A DNA stretch of 64,000 nt from the human T2T-CHM13v2.0 reference genome, Homo sapiens: assembly GCF_009914755.1 (NCBI RefSeq), contig NC_060926.1. One strand, 5' to 3'. Both the position numbers and the translations under genes were made by a program. Every line of letters starts with the position of its first letter. Within the stretch, counting starts at the first letter, position 1. Below, piece by piece: positions 45,009-60,657 of this stretch. The notes beneath the pieces were generated by a model. The model made no database searches, was not told the DNA's origin, and saw nothing but the letters and a program-made list of their open reading frames with translations.

Positions 45009-45589
45009 TATTCCTTTTATCTATTGTCTAACCAAACACACCAAATGTAGTGTCATGAAGCAACCACCATTCTATTATATGTATGGATTCCCTGAGGAAT
45101 CTGAAAAGGGCACAAAGGGATGCCTTGTCCGTGCTCCACACTGTCTTGGCCTCAGCTGGGGAGACTTGAATGGCTGGAGTTGATCTGAGCACCTGGGGGC
45201 TGGAATCATTTGGAGGCTTCAGAGGCTGGCCTCAGTTGGACTGTGGAGCAGAGCACTTCGGTGTGGTCTCCCCATGCAGCTTAGCTTCTCACAGTGTGGC
45301 AGATGGCTGCTGAGAGGCAGCACCCCAGGAGAGAGCATTTCGAGACCAAGTGTTCCTGGAGACCAAGGAGAAGCTGCAAGGCTTCTTCTGACCTAACCTG
45401 GGAAGTCACACAGCATCACATCCGCTGCATCCTATTGGTTACAACAGAATCACACAGGTCAGCCCAAGTTCAAAAGGAGGGGAACTAGATGGTCCCTATT
45501 GATGAAGGAAAGAGAGCATCACCTTTCAGGAAAGCGTATGGGGTGAGAGATAGTGTTATATTCATCTTTAGAAAAGGCAGGCTGCCTCA
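45009..45589 (-). mobile_element. MLT1 (MLT1H-like) MaLR 3' LTR
   Basis: 'ggctggaatcatttggaggcttc...gaagctgcaaggcttcttctgaccta...gaagtcacacagcatcacatccgctgcatcctattggt'. Confidence 0.8.
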
Positions 45590-45947
45590 GTCCACTGTCT
45601 GGCCACGACAGTTCACAACCCCTCCCACATCCGAAATGCACTCTGTCCTTTCTTGAGACTCCCAGAGTTGTTCCTGTTATGGCGTCAACTCAAAGTCCAG
45701 GATCCCATCAGCTAAATCAGATCTGGATGTGGATGAGGCACCTTGAATGCTGTTTCTTAGGTACAGTTCCCTGATGATGCTTCTTCTCAATCTCAGACCT
45801 ATGAATGAAAGAGACAAGTTACGTGTCCCCCACACCCAGCAAACAATGGGTATAGGGGATAGGGAAACTGCAGCAGACATTCTCACTTAACACGGGGGAA
45901 AGGTTGGAATATGTGGCACATAAGTTACCAATCTGTAGCAATTCTGA

Positions 45948-46629
<682 letters not shown>

Positions 46630-47324
46630 TGATTCTGCCTTCTGGGTTTTTAGTTCTACCTTCTGAATCATGTTCTCTTTTCATAAAACATATTCTGTGT
46701 TGTAGCTGAGTAGTTCTCAGCCTGCTTCCTGCTCATAGAACTTGAAGGGTCCAAAGGATTCTTTTTATTAGTTACTGTCTCTGTTTCTTACAGTCCAGGA
46801 TAGTGTAATTTGTTGAAAATCTTAATAGGTTTCTTATGTATCAATTTATCATCCATTTCATTAGACAAAACCATACCCATGTGCATCTTTGCATAAGCCT
46901 TTTCCTACTTTGAACCTTTTTGTGGTTACTGTGATATAGCATCCTTAAGATTCTTTTAAAAAGTCTTTTGCGTATCTAAAACAATCTGTGAAGCACCACC
47001 TTAAATCTTTCTGAAGTCTTAAAGCAGGGTTTTACAGTTGCACAGTTGGCCTCCTTACTCTGAGGCTTTGTTTTCCTGCCAATGCCCTATATTTGATCTT
47101 TGTCATGAGGCCCTTTCTAACTTTGAAAATATTTTATTGAGAGTGGTTAGAAATAGCTTTATTTTTGAACTCTGCAAGTCCTAGACCCTAATTTATATTT
47201 ACTCTAAATTCTGAATACAAACTAAATGACTCCTTTGTTAGCTCATCTGTGTATGCACCTTAAAATATACAGCTAAGAGAAAGCAGCTGCCACGGGTATT
47301 TTTCCTAGAAGCCTCTTTGGCTAG

Positions 47325-47832
<508 letters not shown>

Positions 47833-47875
47833 TAGGTTTTGTTGTACCACCACCTCACTTTCAGGTATCAAATTC

Positions 47876-48190
47876 TGCTTCAGTTATCTATTGCTGTGTA
47901 ACAAACCATGCCAAACTTAACAGCATTTGCCAACCATCACTTCATTATGCTCACAGATTTCTGTGGGTCACAAATTTGAACAGGATGCTGTGGGGAATAA
48001 CTTGTCTGGAGCCTCATCTGCGAATACTTGAATGACAAAAGTGACTTGAGTGGCTGGAGGTGACTTGGCTAGCTGGGAGCTAGAATTATCTGGAGGCGTC
48101 TTCACTCATGTGTTGGCTCCTGGGTTGGAATGACTCCAAGGCTGGAGTCAGCTGGGAGAGTTGACCAGAGCACTCATATATAAGCTCTTA
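47876..48190 (-). mobile_element. MLT1 5' LTR (truncated)
   Basis: 'tgcttcagttatctattgctgtgtaacaaacca...gctagaattatctggaggcgtcttcactcatg' parallels 45009-45270. Confidence 0.8.
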
Positions 48191-48880
48191 TTTTCTCTAA
48201 CTCCTTCCTTTAAAATTTTTTTTGTTTTGATTGTTTGTATGGTTTTTTGTTTTGTTTGTTTGCTTGATGTCTTACTGGTAGAATCCTTTCTTCCATTTCA
48301 TTTGAAATCTATTAGAGAGTTTAATAATACATGTAAAATAGAGAAGAACATCAACCGTTCTTGAGTCCCATGGAATAAAAGTCAAAAGTTCTAAAGAATG
48401 AATAGTGAAAACTAAGTCTCTCTCCTGCTTGACCCTCAGCCACCCAGATCTCTTTTCCAGAGACAATCCTGGTTACTACTTTCTTGTAGATAGCTACACA
48501 TTTACAGATCTTTATGTATATTCACACACACAAACATCTTTTATTCCCACAAAATGGTATATACACCATGCTGTAGTTTGCTTTTTAAATTTAAAAGCAA
48601 TAGATCATTCCATATCTGTATATAAGTAGTGCTGCTTCATTCTTTGTCATGGCGTCATACTATTCCAACAGCATCTATTTATCAAGAAATAACCCATCAT
48701 CGTCTCAGAAAATAACCCAGTGTCCTCTACTAATGGACATTTGAGTAATTTCCTGTTTTGTTGTTGTTTGGTTTACTATTACATACAAGCACATGTGTTT
48801 GCATATGTATTCAGGTATTTCAGGAGACTCTGCATCTGCCCTCTGAGGGAGGTTCCTAGCTCAGTCAAAGGAAATATGCA

Positions 48881-49055
48881 TTTTTTTTTTTTTTTTTTTT
48901 TTTTTTTTGGAGACAGAGTTTCACTCAGTTGCCCAGGTTGGAGTGCAATGGCACGATCTTGGTTCACTGCAACTTCCACCTTCTGGTTCAAGCGATTCTC
49001 CCGCCTCACCCTCCCAAGTAACTGGTATTACAAGCCTGAGCCACCACGCCCTGCC
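48881..49055 (-). mobile_element. Monomeric Alu
   Basis: Single arm plus 28-T tail; TSD GGAAATATGCA(TTTT) at 48870 and 49056. Confidence 0.92.
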
Positions 49056-49106
49056 GGAAATATGCATTTTAAAATTTGATAGATCTAGTCACTGGCCACT
49101 GAATAT

Positions 49107-49212
49107 GGAGGAAGAGAGGGAGGGAGGAAGGGAAGGAGGGAGGGAGGAAAGGAGAGAGGAAGAAAAGAGAAAGAGAGAGAAAGAGAAAGAAAGAAATATA
49201 GAAAGAAAGAGG
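49107..49212. repeat. GA-rich low-complexity tract
   Basis: (GGGA)n/(GAAA)n-like runs. Confidence 0.9.
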
Positions 49213-49971
49213 GAGAAAGAAAAAGAAAAAGAATTACACAGATATTTCCAAATTGCCTGCCTCTGAGGTTGTATCATTTTACACTGCTATAAGCAATATA
49301 TGAGATAACATGTTTGCTTCATTCTCACCAATAGTGTATTAGCAAACTTTTTGGAACTTTGCCAATTCTGACAGATTAAAAAATTATATTGCGCTGTAGT
49401 TTTTATGTGCCTTTCTGTTATGAGTGAGGTTCTGCATCTTTTCATATGGTATTTTCTTTTATGAACTGCTTTTTAAATTTGTGCTTGGAAGATGAAATGC
49501 TGCCCAAAGATCAAGCTATATGCAAATAATTTAGAAATCCCAATTTTCTGATACAGGTTTTATTCTAGTTAGCTGTTTTTATCCTAATTAATATAGAGCG
49601 TTCTGCAGGGTGCTACATAAGAATGAATCTCCCAGGTTTAGTGAATGTTTATTAAAAAGTGCCCCATCAATTTTAAGGACTGACTTTTAATTTACAAGTA
49701 TAAATATTTCAACCCTAATTTGGTAATCTTCACTATACTAAAAGCTATTATGCTGGAACCCATGTTGTCTTATTAAATGAATTATTTTTAAATTCAATTC
49801 AGCAATGACATGAATGAAACAATTAGAAAGTTTGACCATCAACTGGATATTATGGATATATTACATTTTTTAGCTGTGATAATGGTATTGTGGTTTTATT
49901 TTGGGAAAAAGGAGTCTTTATCTTTTAGAAATTCCTGCTGAAATAATTATGGATTAAATGATATGATATCT

Positions 49972-50348
<377 letters not shown>

Positions 50349-52926
50349 TCATGAGTTAATAATTATTGAAGTTGAATGTGGAGTATGTGGTATTCTATTT
50401 CTGTATCTGTTGAAATTTTCTAGAAAAATTTAGAGAGTCAACAGATAAGTACTAAGTTTGTATTATGTGCAAGACATAGTTCCCTGTGTTGAAGAAAATG
50501 GACATTTCACAAGTGCACAGGACCTTGTTTACTTGTTCTGTACTGTAAGCCCATCCTGAGACACTGTACATAGTAGATGCTCAATATGCACAAGTCCTGG
50601 AATCCAGCCCACACACTCCTGCCCACAGGGCTGCTCTAGTTTCTGTTCCCACTAGCAGCGACCCTGATGGTGTGCTCCACAAGACAGCAACAGACCAGGT
50701 GCTATGGGGCTTGAAGGAAGATGAAGTCCCATTCATTCAGGGATCAGGAAGGTGCTTCCGTGGAGCTCATGGGGATTGACATTAAGGTGCCTGAGACAAA
50801 GAACACCCGTCACATCCAAGACAATATTTCTAAGCAAAGTGAAATGGCCCCTTCAATTTAACAGGAAGTATTTCTTTTAGGAGCCTGTTAGGGAGTTGAT
50901 AATGGTAATCAGGAGTCACAAAACCTTACAACATAACCAGTCCTCCTCTGCTCTCTCTGGGCCTGTTTTGTTTACAGTCCAGCATAATATGAAGCCCAGA
51001 AATGTGCTGCTTAGTGAATGCTGTCTCATGAAGAAGAAGAAGAGTAGATGGTGTCTCATAAGAAAGAAGAGAATCAGAATTAGGAAATGATCTAAGGAAA
51101 TATCAGGAATGCAGGGTGATATATTGGTCCTGTGGGTATGTCTGAGTGATCACTTAGCTCAGAGGCTGAGGAAATCATGGTTTTAATGTTTGCATGCAGG
51201 TGTTGGTATAGTTGCCTCAGAATGAGAAGAAAAAAAGAATTTTTAAAAAGCTAGTTACATCTTGACTAGAAGAAGGCTCTTTTGAGAAAGCATCAATGTC
51301 ACATTACAAACGCCATTCAAATCTACCAAATGGGCCAGATGGTTGCCCCAATACTGCGTGCTGCCAGCTGCCCATTGCTACAGATGAAGTCTTTTCTGCT
51401 GACGTTTGTGCAACCCACAAGCACACTATGGAGTGTTGATTCTTTTGATGCTATTTAACATGTATGTGTCATCGTAATTATAAACCATAAATATACATGA
51501 CACCATGCAATAAATAAAATTGCCCAGCTTCCATTCTGAAAGGGGAGGAGATTGTATTTATGACCTGAGAAGAGAGGGTGGCTAATATTCATTTTCCATT
51601 CTTTATAAATGTCACTCCTCTCTAGTTGGATGCTCTAGATGGCTTTATTCTCACCAAGCCTTATCCCTCCTAAACAGCACAGACTCCTGGGGCTAATACC
51701 TTATGCTAAGTGCCAGGTTTTAGAGCAAGCTTGGACCAAAAGTCAGGCAGTTACAATTCAGGGGAATCCAAATAGTTCTAAATTAAGCTAAACTATTTTA
51801 TTTGACACATAGCAAAAGTTCTTTGGAGGTCACATAAACAGGCAGGTGTACGATGTAAAAGGAAGTAGGTAAATGGAAGCGAATCAGCTTCTTTCAAAAA
51901 AGACATTTTTCTCAAGATGCGTTTCTTTTTGCTTTGAAAGAAGCTGATTCAGTGCCATTCACCTATTAAGTAGGCAGCACATTTATTTGTATCTGCATCT
52001 ATAAAGCTCGAGTGCCTTTTCCCTCTACAAAAAGCTGAGCTTGTGTTTGTGGGGTTGGGGAGGGGTGCAGGGGGTGCTAAATATCCCACACAATTCAGGC
52101 AGCCACAGATATATAAATGAACTGGCGGAGATAGAACCCCTGCCCCCGGGCACATTCAGTCTTATTCAGGAAGACCTGTTTAGAACACAACATCTTTATT
52201 TCAGACCAGAGACCCCGGAGAACACGTTTCATGGCTCTATAAATACAAGGCTCAGATGCTTCCTGACACCCAGCATTTCTGCTTTTTAACATGTAAATAA
52301 ATGAATGCTCAAAGCAAGTAAATATCTGTGTGTTGAGTTTACAATCTTGTCTTTCAGAAATATCGACAGTATATGGCAGGACTTCTGGCTCCTCCTTATG
52401 GTGTTATGGAAACGGGCTCTAACAATGACAGTAAGTGGAAAATGTGAACATTTTGTATCTAAAAATTTGTCGTGTGGTATGTGTTTTCATGTGACAAAAA
52501 ATATGTCCTACACCAGCTTGTCAGAGTAAGTCTCCAGACTCTTTTGTGGATAAACAAACCTGCCAGCTCACACTGGAGATATTTTTAAAGAAATGGTTAA
52601 TATAGTATTAGTCTGTGGTCTTAGCTGATAGAGAGAGGTATGCTCTGGTGCCAGCTGGAACTTTGGCATGCATAGAATACTTTCCCAAAATATCTTCATC
52701 TTATAGTGAAATCCAGTGTTCTTTCTGTGCCCTTTTAAAGAAGGAATGCACGAACTGTATTTGTTTCAGTCCCATCTGGATACCTGAGAGCCCCACCTCT
52801 TGCTTTTTTTTTTTTTTTTTTTTTTACTCTATTGATGAAGAGGAGAAGTGGGGTGAGTCATTTATTTAATCTTCTAAATCATGGCCTCTTCCAATTCCAG
52901 GCCTTTGTGAACTTTAGATGCTCTTA

Positions 52927-52927
<1 letters not shown>

Positions 52928-52963
<36 letters not shown>
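52928..52963. repeat. (CA)18 microsatellite
   Basis: Perfect CA run. Confidence 0.97.
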
Positions 52964-52965
<2 letters not shown>

Positions 52966-53078
52966 GTGACTATGGAAGGTGACAGATAGGTTAATTTGCT
53001 TAACTGGAGTAGTCATTTCACTAGGTATATGTATATCAAAACAATGTGTTGTACATATTAAATATTTTTAATTTAAAA
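52966..53078 (+). mobile_element. L1MA-type 3' terminus
   Basis: 'gtgactatggaaggtgacagataggttaatttgcttaactg...catttcact...tatatcaaaaca..gtgttgtaca'. Confidence 0.75.
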
Positions 53079-53679
53079 CATCCAGGCCTTTTATGAGAGA
53101 CCAGTCTCTGGCTGGTCAGCAAAGAAACGAAGTTTTTCTCTGTGGTATTCTTCTCTAGTGGGTCCCCACTAAACTCAAAGAAACCCGTATGTCCCCTGAG
53201 TCTTTTGATCTGTTCATGCATGTCGGAAACATGGTTAGCGTTCGTTACCATTGCATCTGTGAGTCTCCTTATGAAGCTCTTGTGTGTACACATATAACAA
53301 GATTCCAGGTCCTGGAGTCTTTGGAGCTATAGTGCTTCAGCCAGCAGACCCAGTGATGCAGCAGGTAGTCCCTGCATCTTCAGAGCCACAGCCAGCCACC
53401 CTTCAGATCCTCTTCCTGGATCCTAGAATTCCCACCCTCCCTCGCTGACCAGTCACTCACTGCAAGAGATCTCTCTCCCTGCTTGACCGCAATCCTGAGT
53501 GAACATCCTCATTTTCCTCCCCGCATTTCACTATTTCTATGCAGCCTCTGCCCTGTCTCCCCATTTGCCTTCTGCTTTCCTGCAGAGGAGGAGGGTGGGA
53601 GGGACAGGTTCATCCTTCCTTTCCTCTCTTGTTCTTGCTTTCTTTCTCTCCTGGCTGAGCCAGGGATGGCTGGCTAATT

Positions 53680-53850
53680 AAAGCACCTGAGTTGCAATCC
53701 CAGCAATGCTGTCTTCTAGCTGACATCTGGCAAGGCACGTAGTCTCTCTGTGCCTTGGTTTCCTCAGAGGGTTGTTGTGAAGATCAAGTGAATCAAAGTA
53801 TGTTGTTTCAAAGGGTGCCAGGCATGTAAAAAGCTCCCAAATGGCATAGG
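53680..53850 (+). mobile_element. MIR
   Basis: 'ctctctgtgccttggtttcctcagagggttgttgtgaagatcaagtga'. Confidence 0.7.
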
Positions 53851-53869
53851 CTATTTCCTCACCTCCAGT

Positions 53870-55330
53870 CACTCTTCGACCCCTCACAGTCTGGATTTTG
53901 CCCCATACTTCTTGAATAAACCACTCTAAAGTTACCAGTGACCAACCAATAACCAGACCTGATCATTCCCGTTGCCCACGTCCAGACTCCATTCCGCCTT
54001 GGCTCCCGGGGCACCACTGTGTTATCCTGGCTTCCTCCTCTCTCTCTGGCCACTCACATTTTGGTCTCTTCCATAGGTACTTCTTCCCCCCCTTATGGAA
54101 GAGTTTAGCCATGGCTTCTTTTCTCTTTCCTTCTCCATACTCACTCTCCCCTCTTCCATGGCATCCTTTCCTGCAACTGATACAAACACTTCCCAAACCA
54201 ACACCTCTGTTTGATCCTTCCAGGGGCAGCCTAAGTTTCCAGGTGACCTCAGGTTCTTTTTCTACCTGGTTGTCCTGCTGGCCTCTCAAGCTCAAAATGT
54301 TGATAAGGGAACACATTCTGATTCCCGCAAAACCAGCCCCTCCTCTGGAGAGGCCGGTTTCTGACAATTCCATTGTTCTCCTCTTGTGCTGGGCTCCAAA
54401 CCTCAGCCATTTTGGACTCCTCCTTTCTCTCGCCATCACCCCTGCTTGCCCGGGCCCAGCGCCCTTCCTTTGCATGTTCACAGTCTTCCTTTCAGTTCCC
54501 TCTGCAGCCACCTGGCCTTGGGCCTCATCTCTTTGGATTTTAGGGCAGAGATGAGTCAACTGGCTGTGAACCTTCACTATCTCACCCTTGGTCTAGTCTA
54601 GGCCTGATTTCCCCAAGACATTTTTTACTTTTTATTATGAAAAATTTCAAACATACAGAAAGTGGAGAGAATGATACAGTTAACACCCTTATTTTCATCA
54701 CTTTCATTTAACTGATGTCAATATTTTAATACTTCAATATATTTCTTAGTAGTAAATTAATATGCATTTTAATATTATTTTTGACATTTTTTTTCTTCTA
54801 ATCACAATCACATATACACGTCACTCCAAATATGTCACCAGGCATTTTTGAAAATAAGGACTTTTTCATGTGTAACCAGAGCACCACAATCACACCTAAT
54901 AGCTGGCATGATTTTCCTTAGTAACATCCGCCACCCAATCCATATTCAAATGTTCCCAACCGAATGTCTTTATTGCTGATTGCTCAAACTGGACTTCAGT
55001 CAAGGGCCATGCTATGGTCATCTGGTGTTATGTCTTAAACGTCTTTTAATGTTAGACAGTCTCCTTCCCTCCTTTCTCCTGATCATATCACTCTGCTGCT
55101 TGAAACCTTTCAATGATCATCCATTGCCTGCCATGGAAGGTGAAATTCCAAGACTATTAATGTCTTAGCCCAACTGTCAAGTTCCTGTGTGGCCTCAAAT
55201 CACCTTTTCAGTGTCATTTCTCTACAGATACCCTAATTTCCAGCTACTCATATATGGTGATTTGTGCAACTGTGTATTTATCTTATTGAACCTGCTAGAA
55301 AGTAAGCTTCTGTTATATCCCATAACCTCA
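53870..55330 (+). mobile_element. L2 fragments interrupted by a minus-strand L1MC-type piece (~54620-55070)
   Basis: L2 'accactctaaagttaccagtgacc...caccactgtgttatcctggcttcctcc...ctcaagctcaaaatgt'; insert begins 'tttttattatgaaaaatttcaaacatacagaaagtggagagaat'. Confidence 0.65.
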
Positions 55331-55634
55331 TACAATCAACCCTAGTTCTTTCAGATGGATGATGGATGGGTGGATGGATGAATGGATGATTTGGGATGAG
55401 CTTCAGAGTGCTGACCTGAGGCCATCCTTCCTCTTTCTGACAGACCTGGGAAGTGATAGCGAGCCTGTTAATACTCTCTGTTTCAGAGAATAGCTCTTCT
55501 CTGCCTCTTTTCTGACTGCGTTTTTATGTCTTGTGTGGTCCCAGGTGTGGATCAAAGCTTCAATTAGGGAATGTTTCCAAAGTCTCTTTCATCCTCACCC
55601 CTCCTGCATTCTGTACTACTGCCTACTAGGATGA

Positions 55635-55979
<345 letters not shown>

Positions 55980-57819
55980 TAGCTCCTTGTGTAAAAACAA
56001 AATGTCCTGTTTACTCAGAATTTGGATTATTGTATTTTTTTGTTGCAAACCACCTCATACTGCTCCACTAGTTTGAAGATAGGTGCAAACCACATGTAAA
56101 AATGACCTATGCTTCTGTCTCCTCTGTATAAGGTCACAGAACCTCCCAGTGTGGCCACCCTTACCAGGGGAGAAGCCTGAAGGAGGTAAAAAGGAATAGG
56201 ACTGCCTGTAGTAGATACTCATGAAATGTTTGTAAATCAATGACAAATGAGCAAATGGATGAGTCATTAGCCTTCTAGCTCGGAACACTGAGATACCCCT
56301 GGAAACAGCCTCTGCTGTGCTCAGACTTGGCTTGGAGATAGCAGGAATTTGCTTTGCTCACAATGGAAGTTGTTTTCCAATGTCTTTCATGTGCTACTTG
56401 CCCCAGCTTCAAATCACTAGAGCCGAGTGGAGTGGTTTGCAAAGTAAAATCACAGCATGTGAAACTTAGGAGTTAATGTGCCTTTCCAAAATTCCGAGTG
56501 TTCTGGTGCCTAAATCAGTGGAATTAGTTGTTTTCATGGTGAGAATGAATCAGTGATGGGTATTTACCTCTGTGAAAGTAAACCATATGGTAGACGCAAA
56601 ATAAGCCTGGGTTTTGGTGTCTGGGCACATGGCCCTGCTCCTGATTCATTGATTTATTTAAGCAGCATTATATAAGTTTTTATATTTCTAAGCAGCATTA
56701 TGTAAGTTTTCACGGAAATGCAAATTGAAAACACTGAAATTTTACTTGGTTTGGTTCAGCAAAATTTCAATTCCACTTTACCGGTTGATTATACAATTCA
56801 TGGCCTCTCTCTGTCTCTTTTTCCTCCTTTAGGGATTCCTGACAAGGAGAACGTGAGTAGCTACTCTCTCTGCCTATCTTCTAAAAATTGTTATAAGGTA
56901 AAAAATAATCATGGTAACCCTACCAACAAAGAGAGCTCTTGACCCACATTCAACAGAGCAATAAATATTTTTCTAATCTCATTCTGGCATCTTTGGCAAG
57001 TCACTTTGAAATAGAAAGGGGAGAAGGTTGATTGCTCTGACATGGTCGTCACGTGTCCCTGATTTTAACCAGTCTGAAGAAAGGTTATTCTAGGGGCAAA
57101 TGCTACAATTGCTAAGTGTTTTCTTTTTCTGATGATGCATACATGGCAGTCAAACAAATCATTAGCCTAATAGCATATAGAAAACTAGTTGTTTTTCCTT
57201 AGCAGGAATACAAACTATGAAATTCAGGGTCAGTTGATGAATTTGTCTAATTATATACAAGTGCACTAGTGTTAACATTTCTCTTTGGAAACTGAAAATG
57301 ATTAATTGCTATAATTGTTTCTGTAAAACTGTATTCTTTCTGTAAAAGAGTAGAAGGTTTAGGACAAAGATTTCACCAAGAAATAGCAAGCATTCCAAGA
57401 GTGGTCATGGTTTAGTGGCATACCTTTGCATGCAAATAATAATAGTATTCATTCTATTAACTAACATCTAAATTTAGACAACAACATGGAAGGGTTAACG
57501 ATAGGAGTATGCAGTGATTGATTGGGAGCAGTGCTTGGTTGGCTTTCAGATGTGTCACCTTATAATTGTGTCCTTTGATTGCTGTATCCAAGTGGCAACG
57601 TTACAGGATTGTCACCTTTGCCTTTCTCTGCTTTCGGTCCCATGTCTGTGGGAAGATATACTCTCTGAATTCAATTTAGATTATTTCCATATCCGTTCTC
57701 AGATATCAGTCTCTGGCTTGCTTTAGCTCTTCCTCTTTTCATAGTATTAGTTTTAAAAGGACTGGTTGGGAATTCTAGCCCACTGCTATAGGACTACAAA
57801 CTTGGGAGGTGGGGGTTGA

Positions 57820-58119
<300 letters not shown>

Positions 58120-59494
58120 AGACTTGGGTTTAAGACCTAGCAGTGTCACTTCAAATGTTACACCAAAATTTACTTCGCTTGGTCTGGCAAAGGTTTCAGT
58201 TCCTAGCTGTGTGGTCTTGCCCAAGCTACTTGATTTGTCTAAACATCCTCATCTCTTCTTTAAAATGTGGATGTTACCTTAAAAGGAAATTATGAATATT
58301 GAATGAGATAATCTGTGGAGAAAGCACAGACAAGTAGAGTAGGTAGGCTCAGTAAACATTGGGGCTATTAATGTGGTTAGTATTTTCTCAAGTCTTGTAT
58401 CATTTTCTAGCTACTCTTCACCTCTGAAAAATGTCCTACCCTTTAATAAATTAACTGTCCTTTTGCCTTTTATGGCTGCCCCTTCTTCAGTGAACCTTGC
58501 TATTGATATTTAAAAAACTTTAAAAAAAATCTTTGTATGTTGAGTCAAGCTCTAGAAAATCAGGCTCATAAAGATTCTAAAGGAACAAACTGATCTTGCC
58601 ACCATTTTGGACATGGATGTCCCAAATTATCCATCCTACAACAAATAATACACAAATCATTTGCCAAATAAAGAAGACAGAAAGGCCTTGTCCTTCCTCA
58701 TCAACAGACTATCAGTGATGTGGGGAGCTCACACAGAATGTCCAAGCCCTGGGAGGGCTGAAATGTTCTAGGCTCCAAAAGGAAGTGGTCGCTCTTGGGC
58801 ACCCAGTGACCTTTAGGTGGGATCCCCCTGCAGTGGAACAACAGGCACAGGGCTCTAAGCAGAGGGCTAATAGCTGTCATCATGTAGCTCACTTTGTGAC
58901 AAAATAGGAATTTAAAGTTTGCAGAACAATGAGCTCGTCAGATACAATGAACTGTTAGCATGTTGTTCTGAAAGATCTGGGGAACTGGCCAGGCCATCTC
59001 CCTAATACTAGTAGTAGTATATATTTATTTGTATTTGTCTAGGCTATTGTAGGTCAGATTCTATAGCAAACAGAGAACCACACTTTAATTCTCTATTAGC
59101 AAATAGAGTAGATGTATCATCACCATGTGTTATTAGGAAAGCTCTCCAATGCCATCAGTCAAAGTACAGCAAATGAAATGAAAGACATTCGTGAGCAAAG
59201 TTGAAGCGCTAGAAAGATAAAAAGAAGCTTAAGAGCCTTAAAGTGGTGTTAATTGAAAATGTTTATTTCGTAGGAGACAAGTTGTATTATGATGATTTCT
59301 TTTATCCTTCAGCTTCTTTAACTACATGCTGGGCAATATTATATTCCCCTTATGTTTCAAAATAACAATAATATGCCTGTGGACTGAAATAAAAACATTT
59401 AGACTATTGTTTCAGTGTCCAAACAGATTATTTGTAGAAAAAAAAAATTCTCCTTCCCAGCTTCTCATCATTTTGTTAATCACCATGTTTAACT

Positions 59495-59830
59495 GTTTTG
59501 TTTTTGTTTTTGTTTTTGAGACAGAGTCTCATTCTGTTGCCCAGGCTGGAGTGCAGTGGCATGATCTTGGCTCACTGCAAGCTCCGCAGTGGCATGATCT
59601 CAGCTCACTGCAAGCTCCGCCTCCCGGCTCACGCCATTCTCCTGCCTCAGCCTCCTGAGTAGCTGGGACTACAGGCACCCACCACCATGCCTGGCTAATT
59701 TTTTCTATTTTTAGTAGAGACAGGGTTTCATGATGTTAGCCAGGATGGTCTTGATCTCCTGACCTCATGATCCGCCCGCCTCGGCCTTCCAAAGTGATGA
59801 GATTACGGGTGTGAGCCACCACACCCAGCC
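59495..59830 (-). mobile_element. AluY-type with an internal 33-bp duplication
   Basis: Y diagnostics 'gcaagctccgcctccc', 'cacgccattctcc', 'ttagccaggatggtc'; TSD ACCATGTTTAACT at 59482-59494 and 59831-59843. Confidence 0.95.
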
Positions 59831-60110
59831 ACCATGTTTAACTTTTAATAAAATATGCACACATCAACAAGTGCTGTTTGTGGCTGCCTTGCCAGCTACA
59901 TTTTATTCTCAGACTCAGGCTTACCTTGCACAAAAATAAATTCCTTTTCATATATTGCACCTTTGTAGGAATAAATGGATGGGCAGCTACTTGCTGGATT
60001 ATTTTGTCTACTATTTATTATAATTGATGGAGACATCATTTAATGTGAGATAATACAGGATGCTGGAACCTACAAAATATCAAGAAAAATGTTAGAAAAA
60101 CAACCACGCA

Positions 60111-60139
60111 GCCAGGACACATAGTGAGACTCTGTCTGT

Positions 60140-60171
<32 letters not shown>

Positions 60172-60283
60172 AATGTGGTGGTGCACACCTGTAGTCCCAG
60201 GAAGATCAGTTGAGCCTGGGAAGTTGAGGCTACAGTGAGCCATAATTGTATCACTAGACAATCTATCCTGGGCAACCGAGTGA
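60111..60283 (+). mobile_element. Degenerate AluJ-type fragment with (CA)n in the linker position
   Basis: 'catagtgagactctgtct' + (CA)14 + 'gtggtggtgcacacctgtagtcccag...gaggctacagtgagcc'. Confidence 0.8.
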
Positions 60284-60657
60284 GAAGAAAGAGAAAGAGA
60301 GAAAGAGAGAAAGGAAGAAAGAAAGAAAGAGAGAGAGAGAGAGAAAGAAAGAAAGAGAGAGAGAAAGAAAGAAAGGAAAGAAGGAAGGAAGGAAGGGAAG
60401 GAAAGAAAAGAGAGAGAAGGAGAAAGAAAAGAAAGGAAAGAAAGAAGAAAGAGAGAAAGAAAGAGTAAAAAAGAAAGAGGAGGGAGGGAAGGAAGGAGGG
60501 GGAGGGGGAGGGGGGACAGAGGGAGGGAAGGGAGGAAGGAAGGAAGGGAAAGAAAGGACGGAGGGAGGGAGGGAGGGACGGAGGGAGGGAGGGAGGGAGG
60601 GAGGGAGGGAAGTCAGGCAGGCAGACAGGAAGGAAAGAAGGAAAGAAGGAAGGAAGC
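60282..60657. repeat. Long polypurine (GAAA/GGAA/GGGA) tract
   Basis: No pyrimidine from 60282 to 60465 and very few up to ~60612. Confidence 0.97.

Larger units (their letters stand above)
48330..49480 (-). mobile_element. Old L1ME-like fragment carrying an Alu monomer and a GA-rich tract
   Basis: 'tcctctactaatggacatttgagtaatttcc' and 'ctttgccaattctgacag...tgagtgaggttctgcatcttttcata'. Confidence 0.65.

Noticed and set aside
53963-54577. 204-aa minus-strand ORF and overlapping 147-aa ORF
   Set aside because: They lie in a decayed, pyrimidine-rich L2 fragment, with no recognisable domain or splice context.
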